Positions 41,228 through 53,052 of a stretch of DNA of 64,000 nt are shown here, piece after piece. The stretch's first letter is position 1. Each line of letters begins with the position of its first letter. A program made the translations under genes and the position numbers. The stretch is from assembly GCA_009859145.1 (NCBI GenBank), contig VRVR01000013.1, positions 210,786-274,785 of the forward strand. The letters are read 5' to 3'. The notes under the pieces were generated by a model. That model searched no databases. It worked only from the letters and a program-made list of their open reading frames with translations, and was not told the origin of the DNA. Source of the DNA: Andalucia godoyi And28 (lineage: Eukaryota > Protista > Jakobida).

Positions 41228-41467
41228 TGGAGTCCTCCCAGAAACATACACGGAAAAAAATACCGCGTTTGAAAGGATACGCTTTGTTGCTCGTTTTTAA
41301 AAAAATAAAAAAATACATTAAAATACTGTTTCTGGTTTGTCGGAATCTGTTCGTTTGAGCACTCGGGATTTTGCAAACTTCCCAAACAGACCAAGCAGCT
41401 GCCCATTATGGTTGACAAATGTCGCAGTATTGATTCACGATTCACGAAATCACAAAGTTCTTCTTCG

Positions 41468-41960
41468 CCTACATTATACACGGAAGATGCATATCCACGA
41501 ATAGACATGCATATTCAATCTTGCATCCCGTTGCCGGGAAGGGGATAGGCCCCCAACATGTCTCACGGCGTTCTTCAGATAGATGTTCCGCGCTCCGTTC
41601 CCAATCTCGATCAATCGGTGAGCCGCTTTCTCAGCGTGACGCGTTGTTCCTGAGAAGGGTGCATTTTTTTGATGCTGACGGCCCTTGCAGCAGGCGCTTT
41701 CGTGTCCTCAATTGCAGCGATTGATGCAACTGGAGATACGAGAGGAAGAGGCGGTAGGAAGACGGTGGGGTTTTGCGACTGCGACTGCGCCTGGTGCGTC
41801 GTAGCAGAAAAGCACGAGTTCTGCAAGAGACGGTCCCTGAGGCTTCTGCTTGGGGTTGGCTACCGTGAGTGCTGGGATTGGAGATCATCGGGTCTTGGAA
41901 GTTCGCCTCTTGGCAGTGCGGTGCGACTCGGCGGTAGGCGAATGCGTCATCCCAGAGCAC
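41468..41960 (-). mobile_element. Internally deleted Fanzor2 element: ORF 5' part fused to ORF 3' end and omegaRNA-like right end
   Basis: Minus strand QNSCFS...KAPAARAVSIKKMHPSQEQRVTLRK (TnpB N-terminal YPTxEQ-like) runs into IDRDW/NGARNIYLKN (41612-41570), then GGGGGCCTATCCCC and terminus CCGTGTATAATGTAGG at 41468. The 5' boundary is uncertain. Confidence 0.8.
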
Positions 41961-42427
41961 CCACGCCCATATTTGAATTAAAAAAGTGAAACCAAAAAAC
42001 CAAAGCAACGAATGATAGAATAGATGGCTATGGATGCTGCCTTAAATCGTGTCGAAAATGCGGAGCCTGTGCCACCGGCTGAATTTTGGCCGAGCGTGTG
42101 TAAGCACGAATTCCTGTGAAAACAAACGTGCTAGTGTCGGCCGATGCTTCCGTGTGCATGACAATGACGTGTTATTATTATTCAGCGGCTTCAAGTTTGG
42201 GGCTTCAAGGAGCCGGACCGAGTTCCTCAAGTGAACAATAATTAAAAAAGCAATACAATAGGTGTTGGATTGATTTTTTTTGGGCATCTTGCTGTTCATC
42301 TGGAGAAACGTTCAGCATAGGCCAGGATCCTCAGTTTTCAAACGGAGGACTTATCGTTTGGGTTTTTATTTATTTGCTTGTGCTGCGGTGTTCTCGGAAT
42401 ATCAGCTGAATCAAAAAAGCTTCGGGA

Positions 42428-45400
42428 ATGTCTTCCGGACCGATCATCGCGGTTGCTCGAAAGATCGACATGAAACTGACGCTTTGCAGCGACAATGACT
42501 TCGAAACCGAACTCGCAAATGCCATGCCAAAGCTGTTTGTCTTTGCAGGCAATTCTTCAGAGGAAGTTCTGAAGACTGTAACTGAAGTATTTTCGCATAT
42601 CAACGTCAGATTCAAAGCACTCGAGTTTGTCCGCTTACCATTTCAGCAGATCTTGACGTATCTTGTCAAGACGGATGCAACATCCTTGCAGCGTCGTTTT
42701 GCAATTGTATACTGGAGGCTTGCAACACAGAGAATGTTGGAAACTGACGCAACATTGGCGTTTCAATTTTGCGTGGAGCACTACTCCGAGTTTGACGCAT
42801 CCGCATTGGAGGAAATCCATTCGTTCATGTTTTCTCATTTTGGTTCTATTCCGGACGTTAGGCAGATTCCGCAAGCTTCTTGGATGTTCTTTGTTTCTGC
42901 TATGCTATCTCCCGGTGTAGGAGATCTGGATAAAGTCAAGCTTCTTGTGTCAGTGCAGAATTCGCTTTCTCCACCGCAGGATTCTGAATCGACAGCCGTA
43001 TCTGATTTTGCATACTTGATTGTGTTTGTCGCCGCCTACGCTCACAATGACAAGGTTTCTCACGCTGCGTCTCCCACATGGAAAGGGCTTCAGACACAGG
43101 ATATTTCAAATCGACCAGCACTCCTTTCTTTTTTGTTTGTGCTCTGGTTTCACCAGATGGAACTGAGAAAATCAGCAAATCTCGATTTGCTGGTGGCAAT
43201 CATATACAGGCTGCACAAAGCAGGACGTGCATCAATGAGTTTGAAAGATGGTCTTCTTGCTTTCCAGTTGGTGACCAGAGGCATTTTCGAAGTCCAAGTT
43301 TTCCCCAAGCTGATCGATGCTGTTTTTTCCTTTGCGGATCAGTTTTGCAATAGTCTGGAATCCCCCATCAGCGCAGTTACCTTTTCCCGCCTTTCGCTAA
43401 TGCGGGCCATGATCTTGCGGCTAATTGATGGAAGGGAATACGAAATGAACGAAGATGCACTCCAGGAAACTGGCCTCTCGGCATCGCAGGTATCTGCATT
43501 GCACCGTGTGAGTAGCATTTCTCTGCGATCCGTTCTGTATGTTCTTTTAGGAAAAGTCATTGCACGACTTCCGTTTGATATCGACAATCTTGGCTTCTTC
43601 TTCGAGGCCTCTAAACACGAACCCTCCTCGTTGTATTTGTCGCTGCAGGAGGCTTTTAGTTGGTCATTGTCAAAGTCGGAGCAGTTTTCCTCAGATGCAA
43701 CGACTCGCTTTTTGGCTTCGTTACCAAATGCACCGCAATCGAGATTCGTCCTGCAAGCTGTCAACAGGTTTTTTCCTTTTGAGAATGTCAAAGCCAGGTT
43801 CCTCAACTGCGTTGCTGCAGAGGCAGACAAGGAAGAAGCGTTCCGAGGTCTCGACCCTGCTAATTTCTCGCGTTCTGGCGGTATCTATCCATCGTTTTCT
43901 GCCTTCATTTCGCATGTAAGAGATGCTTTTCAGACCTCTGTAGATCCATTCTCCCTGGGCGATGAACAGCGGCTGAAGATATGCCTGTTTTCGTGGAAGT
44001 GTCTTGCATCACAGTGCAAAGGCATTCTAGTGTCTGTTGTTCCGTCTCCAGAGTTGAATTATTTTGCGGGTCTTCTCTTGGAATCCTTGAAGTTGGATGC
44101 TCGATTTATCATAATGTTGACGCTGTTGGCGCAGTGCAAGTTGCTTCCTCTGCCGTTTGCCATCCAACAGGAAGAGATTGACAGCATTCTGTCACTGCTT
44201 GTTGCTTCGGATGAGACGAATGCGCATTTGTACGCGTCGCTTCTTCACGTTCTCCATGGAGAAAATCTGGTGCAAGTTTCCTTCTGGTCGGCATTGTATT
44301 TGCAGTATGAGGACATGTTTTTGCACAACAGGCGCCCTGCCGCCACCGTTTTAGTTGCTCTGATGGCACTTTCTGTTTGCGCCACGTCGCCTGAGTCCTC
44401 TCATGTCCTGCGTGCGATCGAAGCTGGTCTCTGTCATCGATCAGACGGTTCTCCAATTCCTGTCGAGATGAGTCATTTGCAGAAAGTGCTGGCTGCAAAG
44501 GTCACTGCTGACACGAATTGCTATCGATCTGCTTTGCTGGCGTGCTATGATGTCTATCGACTGCACAATTTCTACGTGCCGTCCCATCGTGTGTCCACGG
44601 CTTTGCTGGAATTATCGAAAGATATTCGCTACACGCTTCCGTATGTAGTTCTCTGCCAAGGATTGGCAAATGCCGTTACAAGCGGAGAACACAATGTCCT
44701 TGGTGTGTTTCGATCTTCCGCCTTGCTGTGTAATTCAAAGAGGGACGACATCCCCATCTTGTCTCGTTCTTTGTGTGTCGCTGCCGGTGGCCCCGCCTGT
44801 TCCTTGTACGATGTTGATCTTACGTACGTTCCGCACAATCGCTCCGATTCTGACAATCTTTCATTCGACGTCAGTGACACAGTGGACATCAAACGTGGTG
44901 TTCTGAGTGCAGAGACTCCATGCATGCCGTTGTTCGTGGAGATGATATCCGAGCAGTTCAGCCAAGATCCGCGACCCTTCATGCGTATGAATGCAGCCGT
45001 CCTGTTATCCGATCTTCTTGAATTCTGTGCTTCGTGCCCCTCCGTAGCGTCCAATTTACTCAGATTTCAACGCATTTTCTTGAGTTTGACCGACCGGAAT
45101 GCCAAATCGGATACGGACGATACTGTCGGAGACACTTGTTCGTACGGTCTCTCTTTGGTGTATAGGAACGGAGACACCGTAGTTCGGAAGAAGTTGGTGG
45201 ACGATTTGATGGAACGACTGACGGGATCCAACCGAGCAGCGAGCAGTCTTGTGGTGGAGGAGGACTCGCAGATCATTCCTGGACAGATGCTGGGCAAGGA
45301 TCCTGGAACTGGGAAAAATTTATCGACGTACAGAGACCTGTGCGCGGCAGCCTCTGATATTGGCCGCCCAGATCTGATTTACCAGTTTTTAGCCCTCACA

Positions 45401-47691
45401 TCTCATCACAAGAAGTTCAAATCTACAGAAAGCGCAGCGTCGACTGTTCTGATGTTGTTTTCCTTCGGAGATGCAGACGTCAGGAAAGAGTTCTTGCCCC
45501 TACTTCCACGCATTTTCCGGTATCGATTTGATCCGAATCCCAAAATCAGTGAGATCATGTCGGCAATTTGGACCGCTCTTGTGGAAGACGAAAATGTTTT
45601 CTGGTCTTCGAAGGCGAATGTTACCGCAGTGTCTGCGGACTTGTTGTCCAATGCAAAATCTACAATTTGGAGAGTACGAGAGGCTGTCATGGGCGGAGTG
45701 GAGGATATTGTTCGCTGCGTCGTGGACTTTGACTGCATGTCTCCGTTCATTCAAGACATGTTTTCGTTTTCGTTGATTCTGATGGATGACATCAAGGAGT
45801 CTGTTCGCAAAGCTGCCACGAAGGCGGCGATGTCGGTCTCCTCTGCCATCGTTCGATATTGCGCAAATTTCCCCTCTGCTCCCAGCGTTTGCATTCCTTT
45901 TCTCATTGATAACATGAAATTCGATCTCGCGAAAGCAACTCTTGATAAGGTGGTAGTGCAGAGTTCCACAAAGAACCCTCAGCTGTTGCGTCCATTTGCG
46001 GTTCCAATCGTTACACTGATGTTAGAATCGCTGTCTGTCGAAGAAAATTCCAAGCTGAACTATGCCCAGTTCCATGCAGAGTCCATGTTGAATGTTTCAA
46101 AAGAAGAAATGGAGAACATGCGGCTGGAGATGTCACGGCATTCGCAACCTCAGCGAATCATTGACTCACTTTATCCCTTACTGGACGATGCCGCTGTTTC
46201 AGAATTGTGCGTCAAGATATGCGATATTGTGCGTGCGGGTGTGGGCCTTGTTTCTCGAGTCGCTGCTTCTCGACTCACGTCTCAGTTTGTCAAGTTTTTC
46301 CCAGGAGCAGTTCGCGAATCCGGCCCTGCAAAATTGGTTCGAGCTTTTACTGGTGTATGGTATTTCAAATAATTTCTTCTGTCTGCCCCTTCCAATCTGT
46401 TGAGAGGCTATTTCTCTTCTTTTATTTCATATTTCACTCCTACGTCTGTTGCTAATTTACAATGTTCTTGCAATTTGGTGGTGCTTAGGCTTTGAGCGTG
46501 GATTCTAGCAAGACTGCTCAGCGATACTACATAATGAGTATTGTGTCTTTGTTGAAAGTTTCGTCTTCTAAAACGGTGGAGAAGACGGTGCACTCTTTTG
46601 AGGATAAACTCTTCGCGACATCCGAGTCGTCCAGTGATTCTCGGGAGCAAGTAGCGGTATTCGTTGCAAACGTATTTTCTCAAAAATGCTCTGCAGTTCT
46701 TGACAGGTATCGTAGCGAATTCATTGCGCTCTCTTTCATTGGGAAACAGGATACGGGGATTGACGGCGAGAAATCCTCCGCATACTTTTCGCATGTCTGG
46801 GATGAGAACATTGAGAATCCAGGCTCCGGAGTTCGCATTTACCTGACCGACATTCTTTCCTGGGCATCGAGGTTTCTAGGCGATTCTGGAGACTGGGTCA
46901 TGAAAAAATGCTGCGGCAAAGCTCTTGTGCAAGCCATTGGCTATGGAAAATCGGATGTTGCGTCAATGCTGGACAACATTCTGGAAGTTCTCAGAAAGGC
47001 CCTTTCCGGGGCGCAGTGGGAGGGGCGGCACGTTTTGATTGAAGTATTGGATGCAGTCTTAACTGCTGTGCTGCCTTGGGGGGCTCCGAATGACGAATTG
47101 GCGTGGAGACAATTTGCATCACCTCCTTCCGAAATTCTTACTTCGATCTTCAACATTCTCGTTCCTGTAGTGCAAAGGAAGCATACCGTGTTGTTGATCC
47201 ACGTTTTCAAGACCCTTGAGCATCTTTTGGAGCGCTATGGCCATTTGTTTATGTCTGATGAACGCATTAATGCGTTCTTCGACGCATGCGAGAGTAACAG
47301 CAAAATTCGGCTTTTGATTTTGACTGACACAACGGCAGTCAACGTGGAAGGCGAGTCTGAAATCTCGCAGCTGAAAACGCACGATCGGATATTACTGACA
47401 AACCTTGTGATTCGATGTTTGTTTCTTGCTCATCGGGTCGATCCGAAGGCGGCATTTCAAAGCGAATTCTTTGTCCAGTGTCTTCGTTGTTTGCTGAGCC
47501 CTGCGACGACACTTTCATCTCGACGGACCGCTCTGCTGTTGCTGTCTGCTGTTGACGTTGTCAAAGCCATTTCCGATTCGGAGATTAAGGGCATGTTGTG
47601 CGTTCTGTTGGAGAATCTTGTTGCCGCAAATGTGGACGTTGACATTGCACAGCAATTGCTGTCTTCTCTGTGCCCTTCCAGCATGCAGTAA
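42428..47691 (+). CDS. ECM29: Proteasome adapter and scaffold ECM29; join(42428..46354,46489..47691)
   Basis: STYRDLCAAASDIGRPDLIYQF, LLPRIFRYRFDPNPKI..IM..IW, WRVREA, DDIKESVRKAA; HEAT-like; two ORFs joined in frame by one intron. Confidence 0.9.
46355..46488 (+). other. Spliceosomal intron in ECM29 (134 nt, phase 0)
   Basis: GTATGG donor, GCTAAT branch-like site at about 46451, CTTAG acceptor; joins RAFTG|ALSVDS in frame. Confidence 0.85.
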
Positions 47692-47963
47692 TGTAAAAAC
47701 GCTTACTTTCTCTCACCCGCTTCTGCCACCACCGCAGCGGTGTAAGAAGAATTTGTGCAGAGTACGTCTGGCACCATCGTGATAGCACCCAGTAACAATC
47801 TGTTTTCGCACACCCGAGTCTCGAGTCTGGAGACATCCCGCATCCGTCATCTTTTATGCTTGGGTGAAAGAATCGAAAATCGAGGCACTTTCCCCAGAGC
47901 AATCCGGCTGTCTAAAAACAAACAAACAAACAACAGCAACAACAACAACAAAACCATCCTTCT

Positions 47964-48117
47964 ACCGCTCGCCAAAACATGCATCATTATTGATCATCAT
48001 CGGCTAAGCTGTCACCGAAGACAGATCCAAGCCACATGTTTTTGTTTTTGCTTTTTATTTGGGAGAACACCAACTCTTTAATGCAGATTGCTCTGCACCA
48101 AAGGGTCATCGCAACCA
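47964..48117. repeat. About 155-bp dispersed repeat, copy 2
   Basis: Near-identical to 30289-30443, same orientation. Confidence 0.92.
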
Positions 48118-48582
48118 CGAGTTCCTTGGGTTCTCGGTATCTTCGGGCATGGCCGGTTTGAGTTTTTTGGGAAGATTCCCCTTTGGAACCATGCGATGTT
48201 TTCTGTCTTTGATGAAAGGTGCTGCTTGAGGGTTCGATTATAAAACACAAACAAACAGAAAACAAATAGAAAGAATAAAACGTGAAGAATGAAAGAAGTA
48301 CTAGACTTGACTACGGTAAGAAAATCGTAGTGTTTGCTGTTCCGCGTTGATACACAAAGCTGTCAGCCGTAGTCCACGCAACGGACGTTATTTCTTTCTT
48401 CTCTTTTGCTTTCTTGGTTCGCAAATATGAACAGCATATGTGTTTGGGTGTTTGTTTGTTCTATTTATTAATTTGATTTAGCTTAATTTTTTTTTGTTTT
48501 GCAAAGCCATTCCCCCATCTCTCTCTTTCTCTCACAGCATCCTTCTTCAATTCACGGGGGCATATTTATCAGTGTGGAGAAA

Positions 48583-51500
48583 ATGGAAGATCTTCGCAAG
48601 GAAGCGCTTGTGCGGAAGTATGCACAGCTGTGGCGTCGAAACGTCATGAAGAAGCTAGGAAAGCTCCCGGCACAAGCTCTTAATCCCTTTCGAAGCAATA
48701 AGGAAGCCTCTGCGTTTTCGTTTCTTGATTTCTTGCAATCACAAGCTTCCAAATCTGCGGATCAGAGGCCGATGCCCACTATCCAAGGATATCTGGAGCG
48801 TGCATTCGGAGGAGCTTTTAAGTCATTCAAAAGAAGGCTGGTTCGTATTGGTCTCGATCCAGATAAGAAACGGCTAGAGATTATTCGGGATGACGCCAAA
48901 GTTGTTAAAGTTGAAAAAGCGTACATAATGGATGCCGCGGTTGTTTCAGATGTTGCTTCCAACAAGTATAAAGGCCACCCTTTGGTAGTGTCAGTGACGT
49001 TTGCGCAAGGGAACGAGAAGGTCTACCTGGCATTTGAAGGCATCGAAGAAAAGAGAAATTGGTTTCGAGTCCTGAAGCTTTATTCAAAACAAGGAAACCT
49101 TACGCATCCTTTGATTGATATATCCGAGGAGGAAATTACAGAGTTTGCGTGCGCGGATATGGATCCTTTGGCCGATGATACACAGTTCGTGGCGCCTGAC
49201 GATGCTTCGCTGATTTCTCCAACCTCGCAATATTCAATGTCATCCAATAATGTTCCCTTTTCTCCCGGTCCACCGTCGAATACGTCGCAAGTGCAGAATA
49301 AGGAGACCAAGCAACTAGGAAAGGCCTCAGCAACACCAGAAGAAATTGTTCGAAATTATCATTCCGAGTTCTGGAGCGTTTTCGACCGCCCGGAATCCAG
49401 TTTCAGAGATTCTGTTTCCAAAGGCCTCGAACTCAATGAAATTATGGGGGCGTTTGTTGCTTACGCGACAAGACTGTGTGAGATGCTTGTAGATCAGCTC
49501 TGTGTTCCTGAAACCGCACGAGAGTTTCCTCGGTACATGACGGCTTTTCCTGGAGAATCCGACGATTCTATATATGACATCATGGACACACGCACCGGTG
49601 TGGTTATACGATTTGACCCCGGTGATGTCCTTTTGAAGAGTGCAGATTCTCTGCTGCCTTACGAACTGTCTTCTAGGTTGATGGGTATGGAGATCCGATC
49701 CAACACTGCTTTTCTGCATGCCATGAAACCCGGAACACCACTGCGAGTGCCCCTTCTTTGTCTTGTGGACTTCAAGGGCCATCGTTGCATGTGTACTGCC
49801 GGGTCCCCTTTCAATCCAGAAACAAACATGGTGTACGGGTTCATGGAAGATCAAACGTACGTCTCCAAAGCAGAGCCGCGATACCTGATGCGCGTCTTAT
49901 GCAAGAAAATCAATCTTGCGCGGCATTTTGTGTTCCTTGATCCTGAAAGACCAACGAAAATCTGTACGAGTATTGAGACGCAAGTGTTCATCGGACAGGA
50001 TGGCAAGTATTATCTTGTGCATGCGGGGCGATGCTACCCACCGGACGCGTCCTACCCTCTTGTTGATGGGGGTGATCCGTCAAATGTTTCGCCGCAACGT
50101 AATGGCCTGGTGCACACTCGCGTTCTGCGTCCAGAATTGGTGTCATCTTTCCAGAACCCATTGTCATCGGATGCATTTCGCAATGTCGGTGGTGACGCGC
50201 CTGATCGAGTGGAGATGAACACACGTGTGCGACAGGCATCGCTGTTCCTGCACGATGTGGTCATCGCGAATTTCATCACGTGCCTTGACGATTCGAGCAC
50301 CGTGGATGAGTGGTCCCTGGGTGCTCTTGGAATGACAGCCTCCAACGAGAAGGCCTTTTCTTTTTCTCCAGTGGACGTGTACGACGGTGCAATCTTGACA
50401 AAACGTATGCACGAAGCGGGTATCAATATGCGGTATCTCGGCTTGATTGCGAAGCGGACCAAATTACCTCATATTCGACAAATTGCAGAAATCGAAATGA
50501 TCTCCAGGGTTCTCAAGCGCGAGCACAGTCGGCTACTGCGAGAGCTGGTTACTGTGCGTGCTGCGGAGTTTTATGATTTCGGAGCATCAGACTTTGATGC
50601 TCAGTTCTACGGCACTCCACAACAACGAGTTCACGAGGAACTGATTTCAGCGACCGTCGATTTCTTCAATCTCGTCTTGGGGAATTCTATGGAAACGGTG
50701 CCTTATTGGACTGACCAAATTGTGAAGTTTGTCCAGCGGAAGTTCAACTATACCATCAGCAAGCCCGCTGAGATCTATACTTATGCATTGTTCTTGTCTC
50801 TGCAAAGGCAGCTCGGAGTGCTGTTTGTTGCAAAGGCGTCATATGACTTTTCGGCTTCCTTTGATCCTGTTGTCCAATCGGATTTCGTCAAGTTTGTATC
50901 CCGCGTCAAGTACATGAATCACGGAGCTCTGTTTGTGGATCGACTGAAATCGAAGCTTCCGTATTATTTGCAAGAATCTCGTTTTAACGAGGCCTTGCAG
51001 GTGTACAACATTGCACTTTCAAACGTCCGTCAAATGGAAGGATTGGCGTCTGTCGACAGCGCTCTTCTTCTCAATGACATTTCTCGCGTGCTGTTCTTGT
51101 ACGGCTTTCCGGATGTTGGATTCTCGTTTCTGCGCTTGTCTTTAGGTCTTTTGCGGAAGTGCAATGCTCATCTCTCTCTGCATACAATTCTGTTGTTTTG
51201 CACTGCCGGACGAATGCATCAGAATATCCATTTCCTATCTGTGGATCATTGCATTTCGTTTTCGCTGAAATTGGTCCAGCTTTGTAGTGGATTCGAGCTG
51301 TTCCCCTTGATGATCAAGTTGTATTTGTGCATTGTTCAAGGAGATCCCGCGAATCGGCTTGGTAGAAACTTTGAATATCTTCGAGCAGCTCTGAAGGTGT
51401 CGGAGACTTGTCTGGGACGCAACCACCCGGTTTCTGGAATGTTGTACGAAAAACTGGGCGCTCTCTACTTGAATGGAGGGCAGTTTATTTCCGAGGCGGT

Positions 51501-52845
51501 TACGCTCTTCAAGAAGTCCCTGCAGATTCACTCGGACTACAAAGCCGAGATATCAAAACTTCGCGGCGGGTTTTCGGATGCCCATATTTTGAGCGGTATT
51601 GATTTAAGCCTGGATGATGTTTACGAAAAGTTTGCCGAGGCGCTATTCCTCTCTGGTGCGAAATCGGAGTCGATTTCCATGATGGAGCGCTGCGTGAAGA
51701 TCCGAGAAGAGAAGTTCGGTCCGTCTCACAAGAAGACCGTTGAATCTCTGCAAAGGCTGGCGGTCGTGTGCGATGTGTGTGGCGACATGCGAAAAGCCAT
51801 TGCATGTCGGGAGAATCTCCTTCTTGTTCTGAAGTTGATTATCCAGAGCATACAGGATCGCCAGATCAAAGTCCGCGCTTACGGCAAAGCGGCAATCAAG
51901 ACTTCAGATGGGTACGTTGTGGAGAGCGATGACGATGTCGACGACGCCGAAGTTGAAAAGATTGTAATGCTGATGCGATCCCCAAGGTCCCCTTCTCGAC
52001 AGTCCCCTGGCAAATCTGTCGCCGCCATGTATAGTCCGTACCGTCGATTGGAACAAATGGCCGATCCCGATGCAGATCTGCTGGAGCCTGCTCAGGAGGA
52101 TGCTGCGCAAGGCACCGGCACCCAAGCCAATATAGCAGGCAGCAACCAGCCTGCACAATCTCGTCCAGCAAACGCCGCAGCGGTTGGCACAGACGTGTTT
52201 CGTCGCCAGAATAGCGTGCTTACTGACGAAGAGCTCCCGGAAAAGTTTCGAAATCGCCTACGAGAACTTGATGAACAAAGAAAGTCCATTTTGGAGCAGG
52301 TTCGTCGAGAGACTGCCACAATCTTGAAAATCCAAGTCGACTATTTACCACTCGATCAGCGCGCCATGGTCGAATCCGCCGTGTCATATTGTGAAGGCAA
52401 CCCGATTGCAGCATCGTATGTCAAAGAAATAATGTCAGATCTGTATGATACTTCACCCTCGGCAGTTTTGTTTCGGACAATTGAAAAGGTGAACTTGCTG
52501 GACAACTCATCGTCGCCTGCGGGATACCCGGCTAACGCGGATGAAGATCGCAGGTTTTCGAATCCTCTATTTTCTTCATCTTCCGATGTCCGAGTGTATC
52601 CGCGTGACGCCCCCTTTTGGAACACCTACCGCAGTGATAACAGTTTCTTGGACACCATCAGGCCACTGTACGAAAAGCTTGCTGTTTTGTTCATGTTGGG
52701 CCACAACCTGAACATCAAAGTTTACAGGCGTGTGCAGGTCTCCGACACATGGAACGACGACGGTTCACCGACGGGTTTGGATGGTTTCCCGTTCCCTGGA
52801 GAAGGAGCTCCGGTTGATCAGCCTGATAGCTGGCGGCAATCTTAA
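48583..52845 (+). CDS. CLU-domain protein with N-terminal PH-like domain and TPR-like repeats
   Basis: CLU motifs LVDFKGHR, IGQDGKYYLVHAGRCYPPD, LRPELV, MHEAGINMRYLG; TPR-like LGRNHPVSG..YEKLG and FGPSHKKTVESL..LA; PH-like YLERAFGGAFKSFKRR...EEKRNWFRVL. Confidence 0.82.
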   Translation: MEDLRKEALVRKYAQLWRRNVMKKLGKLPAQALNPFRSNKEASAFSFLDFLQSQASKSADQRPMPTIQGYLERAFGGAFKSFKRRLVRIGLDPDKKRLEIIRDDAKVVKVEKAYIMDAAVVSDVASNKYKGHPLVVSVTFAQGNEKVYLAFEGIEEKRNWFRVLKLYSKQGNLTHPLIDISEEEITEFACADMDPLADDTQFVAPDDASLISPTSQYSMSSNNVPFSPGPPSNTSQVQNKETKQLGKASATPEEIVRNYHSEFWSVFDRPESSFRDSVSKGLELNEIMGAFVAYATRLCEMLVDQLCVPETAREFPRYMTAFPGESDDSIYDIMDTRTGVVIRFDPGDVLLKSADSLLPYELSSRLMGMEIRSNTAFLHAMKPGTPLRVPLLCLVDFKGHRCMCTAGSPFNPETNMVYGFMEDQTYVSKAEPRYLMRVLCKKINLARHFVFLDPERPTKICTSIETQVFIGQDGKYYLVHAGRCYPPDASYPLVDGGDPSNVSPQRNGLVHTRVLRPELVSSFQNPLSSDAFRNVGGDAPDRVEMNTRVRQASLFLHDVVIANFITCLDDSSTVDEWSLGALGMTASNEKAFSFSPVDVYDGAILTKRMHEAGINMRYLGLIAKRTKLPHIRQIAEIEMISRVLKREHSRLLRELVTVRAAEFYDFGASDFDAQFYGTPQQRVHEELISATVDFFNLVLGNSMETVPYWTDQIVKFVQRKFNYTISKPAEIYTYALFLSLQRQLGVLFVAKASYDFSASFDPVVQSDFVKFVSRVKYMNHGALFVDRLKSKLPYYLQESRFNEALQVYNIALSNVRQMEGLASVDSALLLNDISRVLFLYGFPDVGFSFLRLSLGLLRKCNAHLSLHTILLFCTAGRMHQNIHFLSVDHCISFSLKLVQLCSGFELFPLMIKLYLCIVQGDPANRLGRNFEYLRAALKVSETCLGRNHPVSGMLYEKLGALYLNGGQFISEAVTLFKKSLQIHSDYKAEISKLRGGFSDAHILSGIDLSLDDVYEKFAEALFLSGAKSESISMMERCVKIREEKFGPSHKKTVESLQRLAVVCDVCGDMRKAIACRENLLLVLKLIIQSIQDRQIKVRAYGKAAIKTSDGYVVESDDDVDDAEVEKIVMLMRSPRSPSRQSPGKSVAAMYSPYRRLEQMADPDADLLEPAQEDAAQGTGTQANIAGSNQPAQSRPANAAAVGTDVFRRQNSVLTDEELPEKFRNRLRELDEQRKSILEQVRRETATILKIQVDYLPLDQRAMVESAVSYCEGNPIAASYVKEIMSDLYDTSPSAVLFRTIEKVNLLDNSSSPAGYPANADEDRRFSNPLFSSSSDVRVYPRDAPFWNTYRSDNSFLDTIRPLYEKLAVLFMLGHNLNIKVYRRVQVSDTWNDDGSPTGLDGFPFPGEGAPVDQPDSWRQS

Positions 52846-53052
52846 TCAAAATAAATCAAACGGTATGTCGACGTCGTTGTCATTGTCGTTGTCGTTCCTC
52901 TGTAGTCTGCAGATCTGTCAGAGGAAAAAGTGGAGGAGAAATGAAGAGAGAGAAAATGGTGAAAGCCTGGGCAAAAGATCGAGATGATGCTGCTTTACAG
53001 AGAAACAACAAACAAACAAACAAAAAAGAAAAAGAAAAAAGAATGCGCCTTG

